Shown piece by piece: positions 14,563 to 28,587 of a stretch of 64,000 nt of DNA. Under the pieces are notes generated by a model. The model made no database searches. It was not told the DNA's origin and worked only from the letters and a program-made list of their open reading frames with translations. The DNA lies in contig MU054400.1 in NCBI GenBank assembly GCA_013239625.1, forward strand, positions 479,146-543,145, read 5' to 3'. The DNA comes from Lama guanicoe. Its lineage: Eukaryota. The position numbers were made by a program, and so were the translations under genes. Every line of letters starts with the position of its first letter. Position 1 is the stretch's first letter.

Positions 14563-14899
14563 CTATGAGAAAAGAAATATGTAGCGATCCATTGAGTACT
14601 TTTAAGATCTGGCCCTGATTGCTCAAAGCCCCAAAAAATGAGGTTCACAGGAAACTATGAGCCATCTAGACCCAACCATCTTTGGCCATCCAAAAACATA
14701 ATCTGAACTATTCCGTGCGTCCCAGGAACACAGGCTGAGCTCAGGGTGGAAGAGGACTCTGAGAGCCAAAAGGCTGATGTTTCTACACCTATTTTCTTAT
14801 AGGTGTGACTCTTATAAACAAATTTGAAAAACTGAAATCTCCCATAGTTCCAACATCCAAACACAGCTACTGTCAGCATTTTATATACTATCTTCTAGT

Positions 14900-16760
14900 A
14901 TTTTTCCCCATATGTATCTGATACAGCTGTAGTTATATTGTATGTAAATTTTTATCCTGTTTCACTTATCAGATCATGTTATAACATAACTAACATTTCA
15001 ATGGCTATAACAATATATCCTAACTAGTGGATGTTTCATAGTTTATTTAATTTATATATTAATGAACATTTATACTGCCTCCAATTTTTGCACTCATCTA
15101 AATAATGCTGCAATGAACATCTTTGGACATAGGCTTTTTCTATTGGGAGGATATTCCCCTCTTAGAATAGATTCCTAGAAGAGGAATTATTGAATCTAAA
15201 AAAAAGAACATGAACAGTTAAGGTTCTTGATGCACACACTGCCAAAGTGTTTTCCCAAAAAGACGCAATTTCAGTAGCATTCACAACTGCATTACAGGCA
15301 GTGGAAAAATCATGGACTTTGGAGACAGATGGTCCTAGTCTGTCATCTATACTATTTTGACTCTCAATTACACCAACTAAAAAAGTCAGGCAAAAAGCCT
15401 AATTCCTAGAGACAATGAAAGGATAAAACAAAATAATATATGTAAATTCTAGATAACACAGGCACATATGATCAATGTTCATTCTTCTTCCCCTTTATTA
15501 CATCAAGAAAACTCAGTAATTTTAGACATCATTTAAAAACTCTAATGAATGGAAAGTTATGCCCTTCTTTAGTCATTTCTGATTACAGCTTGAGCTTTTC
15601 TGCATGTTTATTAAGTATACTTACTACTTGTTTACTGTTCACTCATGTTCTTTGCTCACTTATCTATTGTAGTCTATTTTTCTTATCAGTTTGTGACACT
15701 GTATTTGTTATGCTTGCCAAAAAGAATCTTTTCCCAATCTACCTATTTTTGATGATAGCTTTACAGATTTCTTTTTATCTTAAGTTAAACTCTCAAGTAA
15801 TAAAATTTGTTGACCTTTACCCTTGTTGTTTACTCCCTCATCACAGGAAGTCCTTCCCCATCAGGAAGTCTGATACATTATACTATCTCCTAAGTTCTTC
15901 TATTTTCTTAAAATACGTAACTTTCAATCTATCTGAAATTATGCTTATAAAATATGAGTAAAGGCTCTGATATGACCTTTCTCCCCCATTCTGAAGTACA
16001 TGCCCTAACACCACTAGGTAATTCTTCCCTGTTCCTACGTTCTGTGACATTCCCATTATAATCTACTGAATCCATAAAAATAATAGGATCAATTTCTTGC
16101 ACTGTTGTTGCACTGGATGACACATACCGAAATGATTCAAACTATGAACCTTTGTTAAGTGCGTCAGTATTTCTAAGGCTAATATGCTCTCAGCATTCTT
16201 CCTTCCCACAATTTCTTTAATGAGTGTATTTCCAAGTTTGTTTTTTCAGATAAACACTAGAATTCTTTTGTGAAATAGTTCTAATGCTATTGTGATCTTT
16301 ATCATAAACTGCCCCAAGCGCAGGGTGGTAGCTCAGTGGTAGAGCAAGTACTTAGTGTGCATGAGGTCCTGAGTTCAATTCCCAGTGCCTCTGTTAAGTG
16401 GGGGGGGGACCTGCCTTAAATCTTAACATCAATTGTCAGTCTTTTCCAGGAAAATCAATGTTTCACCATTTACTCAAATATTCTTTTATTTCTCTTGAAA
16501 GCCCTGAAAGGTTTTTGCCTTTAAAAATGGAAATCATTTATTTCCCACAAAAGTTAGCACTAGAATTTTTATATTGTATGTTGTTCCTATAGACAAAAAC
16601 TCTTTTTTCAATTAATATTCTAACTGGCTAGTGCTGATATATAAAAATACAATCAACTTTTGTATATTTATATCTGGCAACTTTACCAAACTTTTAAATT
16701 AAATCTACAACAGCTGAAATTCTTAACGTTTCTAAATACTATAAATGTCGTTCATTTCTT
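14900..16760 (-). mobile_element. Degraded ancient L1 (L1ME-like) fragments
   Basis: 'aataatgctgcaatgaacatcttt', 'attcctagaagaggaatt', 'gctgatatataaaaatacaatcaacttttgtata'. Confidence 0.6.
16318..16398 (+). mobile_element. tRNA-derived SINE (Vic-1-like)
   Basis: tagctcagtggtagagc...gaggtcctgagttcaattcccagtgcc. Confidence 0.82.
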
Positions 16761-16929
16761 TCCAAAATTCGTATGTTGTTTGTTTTTCATAGTTTACTGC
16801 AATAACCAGAAACCTGACCTGCCTCCAGTCTATGGGCACTCTCTGCTGGCTCTTTATATTCAGTCAAATGATTCCCACCTTTAAAAGGAAAAAACAAAAA
16901 CAAAAACAAAAACAAAAACAAAAACCCCT

Positions 16930-17640
16930 CTCTTGCCCTCTGCTCTTTAGCTACTATGGCCCTCTCCTCTCTACATCACCTGCATTTCCTTCTTTTAACC
17001 ACCAAACTTTATGAGCCACCTACACTCACTGCTTCACTCAATTTGCTACAATATAGCTTCTGTCCCCATCTTTCCACTGGGAAGTGCATCTCATATATTA
17101 TAATGGCCAAAACCAGACTCATTTCTGATCCTAATCTGCCCCATGCTCCTGGATTTCTCGACTATGATCACCACTAGTCTTCTTGAAACTCCTCTCTTTG
17201 TGTTTCTCACCCTATTCTTGGCTTCCCTTTTAATCTCTCTGGTTGTTTCTTTCTCTGTTTACCCTTTTGACTTTGTGTTCCCTATGGCTTCCTTCTCAAT
17301 TTTTTACTTTTCTTCTACGTTTTTCCTAGGTAATTATATTTACATCTATGGCTGCAACTATTACTGCAATTTCCAAATCTATAGCCCTAGCCAAAACCTC
17401 ATGGGTTGCAGTTCAGATTCAAAAATTCCAGTACGTCTACTAGACTTGTATGTCCCACAGCACTTCAAAATTAGTACATCCAAAACTGACTGTATGCCTC
17501 ATCTGCAGTCTCTAAGTCCATCCTAACAAACCTGACTTTCTTTTTATATTCTCTACTAAGTCACTGAAGCCAGAATCCTAAAAGGGTAATAACCCAGAAC
17601 AAAAGCCTCACTCACTCCTCACATCTAACTAATTAAATGT
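16930..17640 (+). mobile_element. L2 LINE fragment
   Basis: 'ttcttgaaact', 'ttccaaatctatagccc', 'gtcccacagcacttcaaaattagtacatccaaaactga' L2-type motifs. Confidence 0.65.
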
Positions 17641-17649
17641 GGAGGAACA

Positions 17650-18570
17650 CAAGAGTTTATTTCCACTCTTTCTAGAAACTCCACAAAAGTGACAATAATA
17701 AAGGAATAAAAGAGGTAAATACCCAAAAAGACACACAGAATAGAAGAGGTAAAAGCAGAAGAAAAATGTTAAATTTCAGAGCCTAAAAAGTGAATAGACC
17801 AGTGGCAACCAAGAAGAGCAGAGAAAAATGAAACTTAATTATACAAGATGGGGATGAGGAAGCTACAAGCAACAAGTCAAATTACCTTGAAAATTCCTAA
17901 AAGGCTTAGGAATGGAAGGCACCACACACCCCTCAAGGAAAGGCAGGGCATGAAGCAATGATGCAATCTGTATAAAGAGCAGTCAATGTCCAGGACCGCC
18001 CCTAACCCAATGTATCAGGTGACTGCCTTGCCCAAGCCTCAGGAGACGCTGGGTGCTCTATTTTCTGGAATAGTTGAGATCTTGGGCTCTGGAAAACAAG
18101 GCAGAGCTGAGGGGCAGGGTATAAGTAAGAAGCTACATAAAATCATGGAGATTCAGAGCAAACTCACATGCTAAAAACAGTGAGATTTCTCTACCCTTGA
18201 CCCCTCACCAGTATCCTCCCACCTCTGGCTCCCAGGACATAATTTATACCTTCCCCAGGCAAGAAACTAGAGGACAACTCTCTGGAAAAGCTGATTAGTC
18301 CAAGAGAATGTATCGACAAATACTGACACATGAAGATCTTCACTCAATGAACCCTATCAATTCCCAGATTCCTCCTTCCATCCCATCCCCACATAGTTTT
18401 CAGCTTTTCAGTGCTTCACTCTTAAATATAAACCAACAACAAGGGATCACTAAATATTTGAGGAAAGTTCCTAAACATGGGCACCAAAACAAACAGGTGT
18501 AAAAAAAGGAACTCAAAGAACACAGGGGTAATGCAGGGAGGAAAGTAAAACTTTGAAAACTTGAATTAAA
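17650..18570 (+). mobile_element. HAL1-like element, 5' part
   Basis: 'cagcttttcagtgcttcactcttaaatat...agggatcactaaatatttgaggaaag' resembles the HAL1 consensus as recalled. Confidence 0.55.
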
Positions 18571-18574
18571 AGAG

Positions 18575-18733
18575 AGACCTACTGTATAGCACAGGAAACT
18601 ATTCAGTATCTTACAATAACCTATAATGAAAAAGAATCTAAAAAAGAATACATATAAAACACACTGAATCACTCTGCTGTACACCTGAAAGTAATACAAC
18701 ACTGTAAATCAACTATATTTCAATTTTTTTTTA
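18575..18733 (+). mobile_element. 5'-truncated lineage-specific L1 3' end
   Basis: 'ctactgtatagcacaggaaactattc...ctgtacacctgaa...aatcaactat'. Confidence 0.85.
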
Positions 18734-19589
18734 AATGCAGGGAAAAAGTAACTTGCACTATCATTCCAGTTTCCCTGTTTTAGGGGACTCAGTTTCTATG
18801 CATAAGTACTAGAGACTGACTGAATAAATGAACCAATTCCCTTACGCATTATCCCCACCACAATCCATCTTTCTTTAATTTATGCATGATTTCTCAACAA
18901 AAAGCTAAGCATACCCAATGCCCCACGCAGAGTTTGGGTGCTAAGCATGAAATTCAGCCCACTATATTAATGGTGGAAGAGTTTGGGGCACCAGATCAAG
19001 TTATGCCATTCCCACTGATGAAGGCCACTTTTTGGCCTTCTTTTCTGTACACCACACTCCCCCCCTTGGCAAATGTCTGTAACCTGCTGACGTACGTACC
19101 ATGCTTCACTCCTCTTAATCTCTTCTAAGTTTTTTATTTATCGTAATACTTGTTATTTTCTATCATACTATAATTTGCTTAAATGTTATGTTTATAATTT
19201 ATTGTCTATCTTTGCTGCAAGAATATAAACTCCTTAAAGACAGACATCTTTATTTTATGGATGTACCACAAGTATCTAAGCAATGCTTGGCACACCAGGT
19301 GCTTAGTATTTGCAGAATGAGTGCACACATGGCTTCTCCTCACATTACCTTCTGCAGAGCCTCTAAATGTGGCTATTTGTTAACTATGGTAAAAAAAAAA
19401 AAATTTTTTTCCTTAAGACCTCAACATTAAAAATATTTCATGTACACATTAAAAATATGCATAAATACTATGAAATAAAACAACTTGTTAACATTCACAT
19501 GTAAACTCTGCGTAGTGAGACTCTATTATGATTTTTATTTTCTTTGTATTTATGTACACATTTCAGAATCAACAATTAAAACTTTCAAA

Positions 19590-20390
19590 ATAAAAAGGAG
19601 AGGTAAGAGACATTGCTTATACAAACAGTCTCAAAAATTTATCTCCATGTACCCTTTCTCAGGAAGTTACTAGAAGTACTCCATCAAAACAAGGTTCTAA
19701 ACTTTCTAAACTATAAAAAAGAGGAAAACATGGATCTAAAAAATATGACCCAACGAAAGAGGCACAGAACTTTCAGTATGAAGATGAAAGAAGTCCCAGT
19801 ACAATCCCTGGTGCAGAAAGCCATGAGAACTAGTCCTGATGGGAACAAGGGAGAGAAGGTCCTCAGGGAGAGTATCAGCAAGAAGCGGGGAGAGGGAATG
19901 TTTACAGATGCCAGAAAGATTCAGGCTGAGGTTACAAGCGGTACACAGAAAACTAGGCAAAAGAAAAAAATTGAGAAATTACTGAAAGAAATCATAAAAA
20001 TCATGTAAGAAATTAAACAATTTTTTTGGCTATGAGTAATATTTATGGAAAGGTAATAATGTAAACATTGAACTGATTTAACCAAAAGTTGTGATATAAC
20101 TACTGAAAGCCTGGAGAAGAAGAATGTGTGTATGTTGTGGGGAATGGGATGAGATAAATCATCATCCACTAAAGTAACAGCTAATGTCTAAAAAGAAATT
20201 TTTTAAATCAAAATATGACATTATAAGCATGATATTCAGCTATGGAGGTAAATGCGAAGATAGTAAAAAAATGATTGTGCAAAGTAAGAAGGTGGAGAAG
20301 GGCAGACAGGACTGTTTTTCACTAAAAGCCCTGAAGTACTACTTAAATTATGCACATCTACTACTTTGATAAGAAGTAAATTAAGAAAAA
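19590..20390 (+). mobile_element. HAL1-like element, 3' part
   Basis: 'tctcaaaaatttatctccatgtaccctttctcaggaagttactagaag...ctccatcaaaac'. Confidence 0.6.
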
Positions 20391-21097
20391 AGCAGCTTAA
20401 TCCTGAATTTCAGAATCACTGTAAGCCTGTAACAAAAAGATATTGGGCCCTTTTCAAATTTCAGATTTAGTGCCAAGAGGCTATTTACATCTCTATTAAT
20501 CATTTGTGCCCTGTGCTGTTTATAAAACATCTATTACTCTAGGTAGCTTTATAAATAATGACAATGCTAGTACTACCACTACTAAAAAAAAGAAACACCA
20601 CCAGCAGCTACCATTTACTGAGTGTTTACAAGGTACCAGATAATACACAATTGCTTTAAGTGCATTTTATCTCATTTAACCCTTACTACAACTACAACTA
20701 CAACTACAACACTATGATAAGTAAATGGGACCAGAAAAGTCATGTGCTGAAGACTACATAGCTGGTGAGAGAGCTCATATTCTAACTATGGTGAATATTT
20801 GCTCCAGTTTGTTTTAGTGTTTTGGCACGATGATCAACAGTGTCCTCACGGTATACCAGATAGGATGATAAATTCTACAATTACCCTAATTCTATCTCTA
20901 GACTGTACACCCTTACCCACTATCCTGACATTCCCAGGAAAGATGAAGGTGGCACAGCACAGCTGTTGGTACAAGCAGCCCTATAGGTATTTCCCAGTTT
21001 TTAGGATGTCTGATTTTTTTAGCTCATACATACAGTTTATATACAGGAAACACTACCAGGAGTTCAGAGTAATTTCAGTTCCACAGACTTTAATTAC

Positions 21098-21208
21098 CTG
21101 TCCCAGCAATGCCATGAGACGAGATGGAGGCACCACGCTGACTTCCCCAGCTAAGGCCTGGGCAATTGCTGCTCGTCTCTTCTCTTTGCTACTTCCATCG
21201 GGGTATGC
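21098..21208 (-). CDS. SMU1: SMU1 exon 4 ([37 protein letters not shown])
   Basis: 111 nt, ccag| and |gtaatt. Confidence 0.98.
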
Positions 21209-22227
21209 CTGGAAAAGGAGAGGGGGTAGCATCGTTTCCAAGAAGCAGCAAAATATATGAATGTGCTTAATACATATATAATAATAATCAAGCAGAAATA
21301 TTCAAAAAGGAAAACATAAAAAGAAACTACCCAGTTACATAGAGGATTAATCAAATCAATTAGTTTTTAAAGCAACTTCTCAAAGTCTACCGACTTGCAT
21401 TTCAAAAGTATGAGCTGAGATAGACTGAGCTCAGCCAATCCACAGTTATTTCTGAAAAGAGTCCAAGTAGACTATGTCGAACCAGAGTAATTTTTTCAGT
21501 GTTTGAAAAATCTGCAGAGCCAAAGATTCTTTTATATTCTTCAGTAATTTGTTTCCGTCAATGACTCCCAGCCCAGAAGTTCTAACTTAAATTCTGTTCG
21601 GTAATCTAAACTCCTTCCTTTACCCTCATGGTTTCTGCAAGTTTACTCTGACTTCCCATTATCCAGTGCCTATTAAATTCTTCTTCCTCCTGTTTAGACC
21701 AGCTTCTATTAAAAGGCTGGGTGAGAAAGAATGAAACTATACATATGATAAGGTTTTGAAAGAAAAAAGAGTATCAGTCACCATGCTCTACTAGTAAGCA
21801 TAGTCAGCTGAGAAGCAAAACACAAGGTTTTAAGGACTAAAAGAACTGGAAGGAAACTATAGAGTTGTCAGTGGCAAGGGACACAAATGCACAGTGAACA
21901 TACCAGCAGTCAGGCAGCGCTTCAGCACCAGTTAAGTACTTGGGCTAATGTGGAAGTGATACCAGAATAAACATTCTGCTTCTTCACTAATCAACACACA
22001 GTCCTAAAAGCCGGGGTGTGTAGGGAAAGGAAGGCCCTCAAACACTGAGAAAACTCAGAACAAGATAATTCTCTTTAACACACGCAGATTTCAACCAAAG
22101 TAAATTAAAAAGTATCATTCGCAAAAATTAAATCAAAATTGCAAAAAGTATCCAATAAAATGGTTAAAAAAGGATCACATTATTGCATGTTTTCAAAGTT
22201 AACAATTTCTTTTCATTACCACAGTCA

Positions 22228-22410
<183 letters not shown>

Positions 22411-22811
22411 TCAATGCATTCCCTTATTAATATTTCTTTTTCAGTACAGTTTCTGACCCAGAAATGGCCCACCAAAGTGATTTTCAATATTGGGAAATGC
22501 CCCTTCTCCTTTTCACAAGCAATTTCAGGTAGACAACTAAAGTAATTGTAAAGTAATAACTCAATCCTTCAACTTCCATCCTTCATTTTTATCTACCAAT
22601 CTCCTCTCCTCTCAGGCCTCTTGTTTAGAATACACATGCTGAGGAAAACTAAATATGGGAATATCTCAATAAGTTCCAAAGAAACCTTTCTCCAGTTACC
22701 AAAATTTTCTTTAGAGAATTACTAAACTCGTGTGGACTGTAAAGAAACAATCCCACTTCCCTATTTTTACTGCAAACCACATTACATTCTTTTTTTCAGA
22801 AAGTGCACACT

Positions 22812-23520
22812 GTTCTGTTGTATAATAAATAACTTTATGATCTATGGCCTGGTTTCCTCGCAAAGAGCTTCTAAAATCCTTGGAACTTCCCCAACGATAG
22901 GAATATCTTTGTTATTCATGAGCCCTCTGCATCACACCTGAGTTAGTGCTAAGGAAATGGCTCAGGATAGGGGCTGGTTACCAGAAGGACCAACTGTGTG
23001 ATTAGAGGGCAGATGCTTTGAGCAAGTCCAACCCTGGGGAGGGCTGAAGAACTAGAGATTAAATGAAACTCCCCAAAAGCCTCAATGGACCTTCCTGCTT
23101 GGTGAATATCTTAATGTGCCAGGTGAGAGACAAACCCTGATTCCACAGGAAGAAGGTATTGGAAGCTCTGGTTCAGTACCCTCCCCAAACCTCACCCTTT
23201 ATTATGTCTCCTCATTCAGCTGGTCCTAAGCTGTACCCTTGATAATAAAACTGCAATCATTAGTATGTCACTTTCCTGAGTTCTGTGTCATTCTAGTGAA
23301 TTATCAATTCTAAGGGGGTCGTGGGGACCCCCAAATTTGTAGCCAGTTGGTCAGAAGAACAGGTGGCCCAAGACCCCAAAGTGTAGCTGGTGTCTGAAGT
23401 AAAGGCAGTCTTGTGGAGGACGGAGCCCTTAACTTGTGGGGACTGCATTCACTCTGGGTGGTTACTGCCAAAACTAAATTGTAGTACACTAGCTGGTATT
23501 AGAACAATTGGTGTTAGAAT
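22812..23520 (+). mobile_element. Solo LTR, MER21-family (ERVL class)
   Basis: 'gagcttctaaaatccttggaa...ggggctggttaccagaaggaccaac...aataaaactg...gtcgtggggacccccaaatttgtagccagttggtcagaag'. Confidence 0.75.
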
Positions 23521-23666
23521 AATTCATTTAATGGTCACTTAAGAAATAATTTCAATTTGGGAGAATCTTAGCTTTTCCAAGACAGAAAAATACAGAATAG
23601 CACTCAAACTTTGACAGTGTAATTTTCAGGGCTGTTACAGCCCTATAATACTTCAAGGAATGCTTA

Positions 23667-24023
<357 letters not shown>

Positions 24024-26379
24024 TTATTTCTCCTACTCAACCATCCTCCTTTCACTACCTACTTTCCAAAAAAGTCACAGAATATAAGTTACAAGAGACC
24101 TTAGGGATCATCCAGTCCTACCTCCTACTCAGAAATAGGAGAACTGAGTTTCAGAGAGGGGAAATAATTTGCCCAATGTCTCACAGTTAGCTAGAAAGCA
24201 AGTTAGTACCAAGGAGATTCTCTTACTTTCAAGGTCAGAGATCTTTTTATTATGCCAAGTTTCTCATTAATTCATATGATTACCCTGTTGCACACCTTTA
24301 GTAAAATATTTTAAACCTAGTCATTGACACAAAACATTCCAAATGACTGGATGATTTGGTTCATTTTTTAAATGACAATCCAAAAAATGAATTGAGACTT
24401 TCTTAAAAGGGATTTGTTGAACACAAATAAGTAGAGCTATATTGCACATAAAATTAAAACAAAGCTATGTGTCCTCACTTGCAAAAACAATACCTACCCA
24501 CTGTCTTTATTACCAAATATTCAGGACAAGTGAAATAAAAACATTGTAGATTCAGTTTCCCAAGGAAAAGTGGACCCAGACAATCTCTAAATATTGAGAG
24601 AACAAGCAATAATTTTCAGCATGTAACAGAAAACTTATTTATAGTTAAATATATATAATTAAAACTTGATCTTGGGCTTAGTATTAAGGAGTCTGGTGAA
24701 GAATATGTTCACAGAGACAGTAAAAGATCACTGCACAACGCTGTGCTACACTGTTCTCCTTCTCTTGCCTTAAAAGTACACATGGCTCACACTGTATTTC
24801 TACTGGACAGCGCTAGTATAGGGGGGTCTCACCGTCCTGGTTGGAAGGGATTTCAGATTGGAATTTAGTCAATTCCCCTTCCCTGGAGAGAAATAATAAT
24901 CAAAAAACAATAGCCGATGTTCACTGTGTGTTTATTATTTATCAAGTACTGTTCTAAGCATTTTGGATTCTAAATGTCCTCAAAACAGCCCTATGAGGAT
25001 GGCATTACTCTTATGTCCATTTTACAGATCTAAACTTGACCATGTAACAGAGATTAGTGGAAAAATTAAGATTCAGACTGACAGTGTGGCTGTCAGTGAG
25101 AGCATACACCACGGACAGGAAAACTTAAGAACAGTTCCTACAGAGGGAACTGATTACTGCTACTCAGAGCAGTCTTTTATCTCACGGTCCCTTTAAGAGA
25201 TACCCAGGCTTGGATCCCTGCTATGCCAGTACCACACTATCTTCCACAACATACTTCCATTTACACTCCCCAAATGAGACATCATCCTTGCAAAGAATTC
25301 ATATTTGACATAGCCAAAAGCAAATCCACTTCCTTCAAATACAATGTAGCACATGAAGAGCTAAAAGCTTTGGAAACAGGCTGGGATTTGAATCAGAGTT
25401 CTGTCACTTATTCTGGACAAGTCAGTTAACATCTATTTGCCTGTTTCCTCACTTGCTAAGAAAAATACCTACCCTGTAGGGCTGGTGAAAGTTGACTCCA
25501 CTGCTTATAGTGTGAATAGCATAGAAAATGCTTAGTAGCAGCCCAAGGCTGGGAGAATGGTCAGCTCTCGCTTTTATTCAGGCCCCAAAGCATGGAATCC
25601 TTTCCAACTCCTGCCCTGACTTAGTTGTCTTCACTGCCAGCGTTCTCCATTACCCTTCTTTGCTTTATCTTTCTCCACAACACCTACCACCATCTGCTAA
25701 GCCTGTTTCACTTACTGTTTTTGTCTGCTGTTTGCCTTCCTCAATCACAGTGCACTTTCTATAAGGGCAAGGATTTTTGTCTTTCATTCACTACTATATT
25801 CCCAGGGTCTAGAACAAGTACACAACAGACTTCAATACTTGGTGAATGAATAAACGTCTCTTCTCCCTAAGGCAGGTCTTCTGAACACTTATGGACTTAC
25901 ACTCAGGGCACAAATGTTACATTTACTAAGTGTTGGCAAGACCAAACTGGAGGATGGCATCCTGGAGAAGTCCACTAAACGTCCTGGAGAAGTTCACTAA
26001 AGACCTTCTCCAGCCACTCATTAGACTCTTTTTCCCCAAATCTATCATTCTCCTGGCTCAACCTCCAGATTCTGTCCCTCTTTTGTGGCTACAGAGCTCA
26101 CAGACTAACCAAAATTCAGCGCCAGATACAACCTGATAAAACAGCTAGTCGTTCATTAATTCCAAAGGCAATCATTCAGTCTGTACGGTGTGCTAGTAAC
26201 TAGGACTATAATGAAAAGGAGTCCCTCGGCGCCTAGAGGATGGCAGGGTGGGCAAATAAACAGTGACAATACTGGCTAAGTGCTAGGCAGAAGAAAGCAG
26301 AGGGCCGTACAAGCACAGAGGAAACAAACCACACTTGCTCAATGGGGCAGGAAGAGAAGGCAGGCTGTGACTCCAGGCC

Positions 26380-26960
26380 CCTTGTGCAGACAGTCAGACC
26401 GGAGTCCAGACTGGGTGGCTAATCTGCTCAGCCACAGGGCGCACCAGGAGTCGACGAGGACTAGAACTCAGGTCTCCAAGGCACGTCCTTCCCCTAGCCC
26501 AGCGCCACCTCCCATGGGGCTTTGGGCTTCTCGTCCGCTTTTTTGAGGGCCCGCCTCCTCCACTGCCAGATCCAAGAAGCTTCTTTGTGAAAAAGGAAAT
26601 GCCCCTCCACTCCCCAGCCTCTAGGACGCCTCCTCCGAGCAGCTGCCACCCCCTCACTTCCAACCTTCGCCTCCCGGCCCCCGCCACTTCGCGAATATCC
26701 GCTACCAAGGGACTTACTCGGAAGACTCTATTTCAATCGACATCGCGCTAAGTTCCCGGACGCAGGCCCCACTCCACTCTCAGACCCAGTCGCGCAACGC
26801 AGTAACGACACCTCCGGCGGCCCCTGCACGTCACTTCCCTCGACGTCCGACGTCCGACGCCCGCTCCGGAGGCGGTGTGTACGGAAGAGGGGCGAGGAGT
26901 ACGTGGGGGGCGGAGCTTCGAGGGACGGTCAAAAGTTGGAACCTACGCGCCAGTTACTGG
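26380..26960 (-). promoter_or_regulatory. SMU1 CpG-rich TATA-less promoter with 5'UTR
   Basis: High CpG density around exon 1; GC box GGGGCGGAG 26907-26915; ETS core CGGAAG 26882-26887; ETS/CRE-like composite CACGTCACTTCC 26827-26838. Confidence 0.88.
26718..26743 (-). CDS. SMU1: SMU1 exon 1, coding part (MSIEIESS+D, phase 2)
   Basis: ATG at 26743-26741 reads ATG TCG ATT GAA ATA GAG TCT TCC GA|gtaagt; matches the SMU1 N-terminus; lies in a CpG-rich promoter. Confidence 0.97.
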
Positions 26961-27051
26961 AGAAGTGTCCGTTCTCCTTCCTGGGGAAAGTGTTGTGCTT
27001 AAAGGACTGGTTTTTAAATTTTGCTTTTTTAATTTTTAAATCTAGTTGACT

Positions 27052-27428
27052 AGACTTAAAGATGGAACTGAACATACAATACTTGACTGGGAGAATAATA
27101 CATTGGAAACCCGTGAACCACTAGCCAACATTTGCGGGAAGAGTTCACTGAGTTTTAAATAAGTGAAAGATTTTGAAGCCAAAACACAGTTTAACCTAAT
27201 TATGAAAGGTCTGGGACTCAGGGTTTGCACAATCATTTCTTGGAAAGAGCTAATTCCAACTAAGCATTTCCAGATAAGTATTTAGTTGAAAATGGTTTCA
27301 CAGCAGTGGTACAATTACTGGCAAAACAATGAAACCAAATGAAAATGTGTAAAGGGAGAGATTGGAGTCTTCTTTTAATAGACTTTAAACTATACATTAT
27401 TAAATTAGTAGAGACAAATGAACTATAG
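27052..27428 (+). mobile_element. Fossil hAT (Charlie/Buster-type) transposase C-terminal dimerisation region
   Basis: Hand translation AFPDKYLVENGFTAVVQLLAKQ*NQMKMCKGRDWSLLLIDFKLYIIKL (from 27264) and upstream RLKD..TILDWENN and EEFTE. Confidence 0.75.
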
Positions 27429-28587
27429 AGGTACCAATGAATTTCATAAAGGTTATTTTTTACAAAATTTTATTGCCATCCTATATAATCTTTTTAAAAA
27501 TATTTGCAGCATAAAAATTTTTTTGAAAAAATTTGCAGCACAATGATAAAAAATCTATGTTGTGAAAATTACACATTGAAATGATTCATATGGAGAGTTC
27601 CTGTTGGCTTTCAGTCTTAACTGATATTTTTTCCAAAGGTCTGCCACATAACTTCTCTGTAGCCTCTTAAATACTGCTTTTTTCAGATTTTTCCAATTTC
27701 CTATCAACTTTTGAAGGACATAGTCTCCAAGACCTCAAACCTCTTAAAAATCTAAATGTGAGGTATGTAGATACGTGTATGATTTCTGATGTATTCTTTC
27801 ACTATCCCATCTCATGACTCGACATAGAAAATTATGTCTTCCTTGAAAAGAAGACACTGCTCATTTTCATCAATAACATAAGCCTTCATTTTCTCCACCT
27901 AGTATTTATCACGTTATTCTTACTTCCATTAAGGTTACTTTCCTATTTCTCTTGTACAAATAAGTCTTCTCCATAATTACTTAATACCGGGTTTTATTCT
28001 GTTGTCCATCACACCTCTGCTTTCATTTTGAATGGAATGGCTTCTCTTCTTATAATTTCTATTAAATACAAACTTGTTTATTATACATAGAGCAAGCATC
28101 TCATTGCTTCATTATGTCTTTAGTAGTAATGTCCAAGGATTTAGATATTGAAGTACATACTACGATATAACAAATTAATTTATTTTTATTTTTCCTAGAT
28201 ATTAGGCACTATATTAATTTTGTTTCATTATCTATATGTGTAGATTATATTACTTATGAATTTAAGGGTACCAAAGAGAAAGTTACAGAATATTTGGAGG
28301 GCCTTGAGCCTAATAGTACTGAAAACATGTTGGAAGATGCCCATCAGAAATTATTCCAACATGGTAACTCCATTCTCATTATTTTTCTTACTCTCTTCTT
28401 TTAACCTTAGAAAGGTAGTTTTAAAAATAGTATCTCTTGCGATAAAGAAACATTTTGTATAGTATGGCAGTTCCTTTGGTCTCGTCTTCAGTTTCTATTT
28501 ATTCAGTCAATTGTGTGTACAATTAAATTGATTACTTTTTCTCTAAAAAAAATAGCATGTATTATATTATCCTATTCTATGAAAGCA

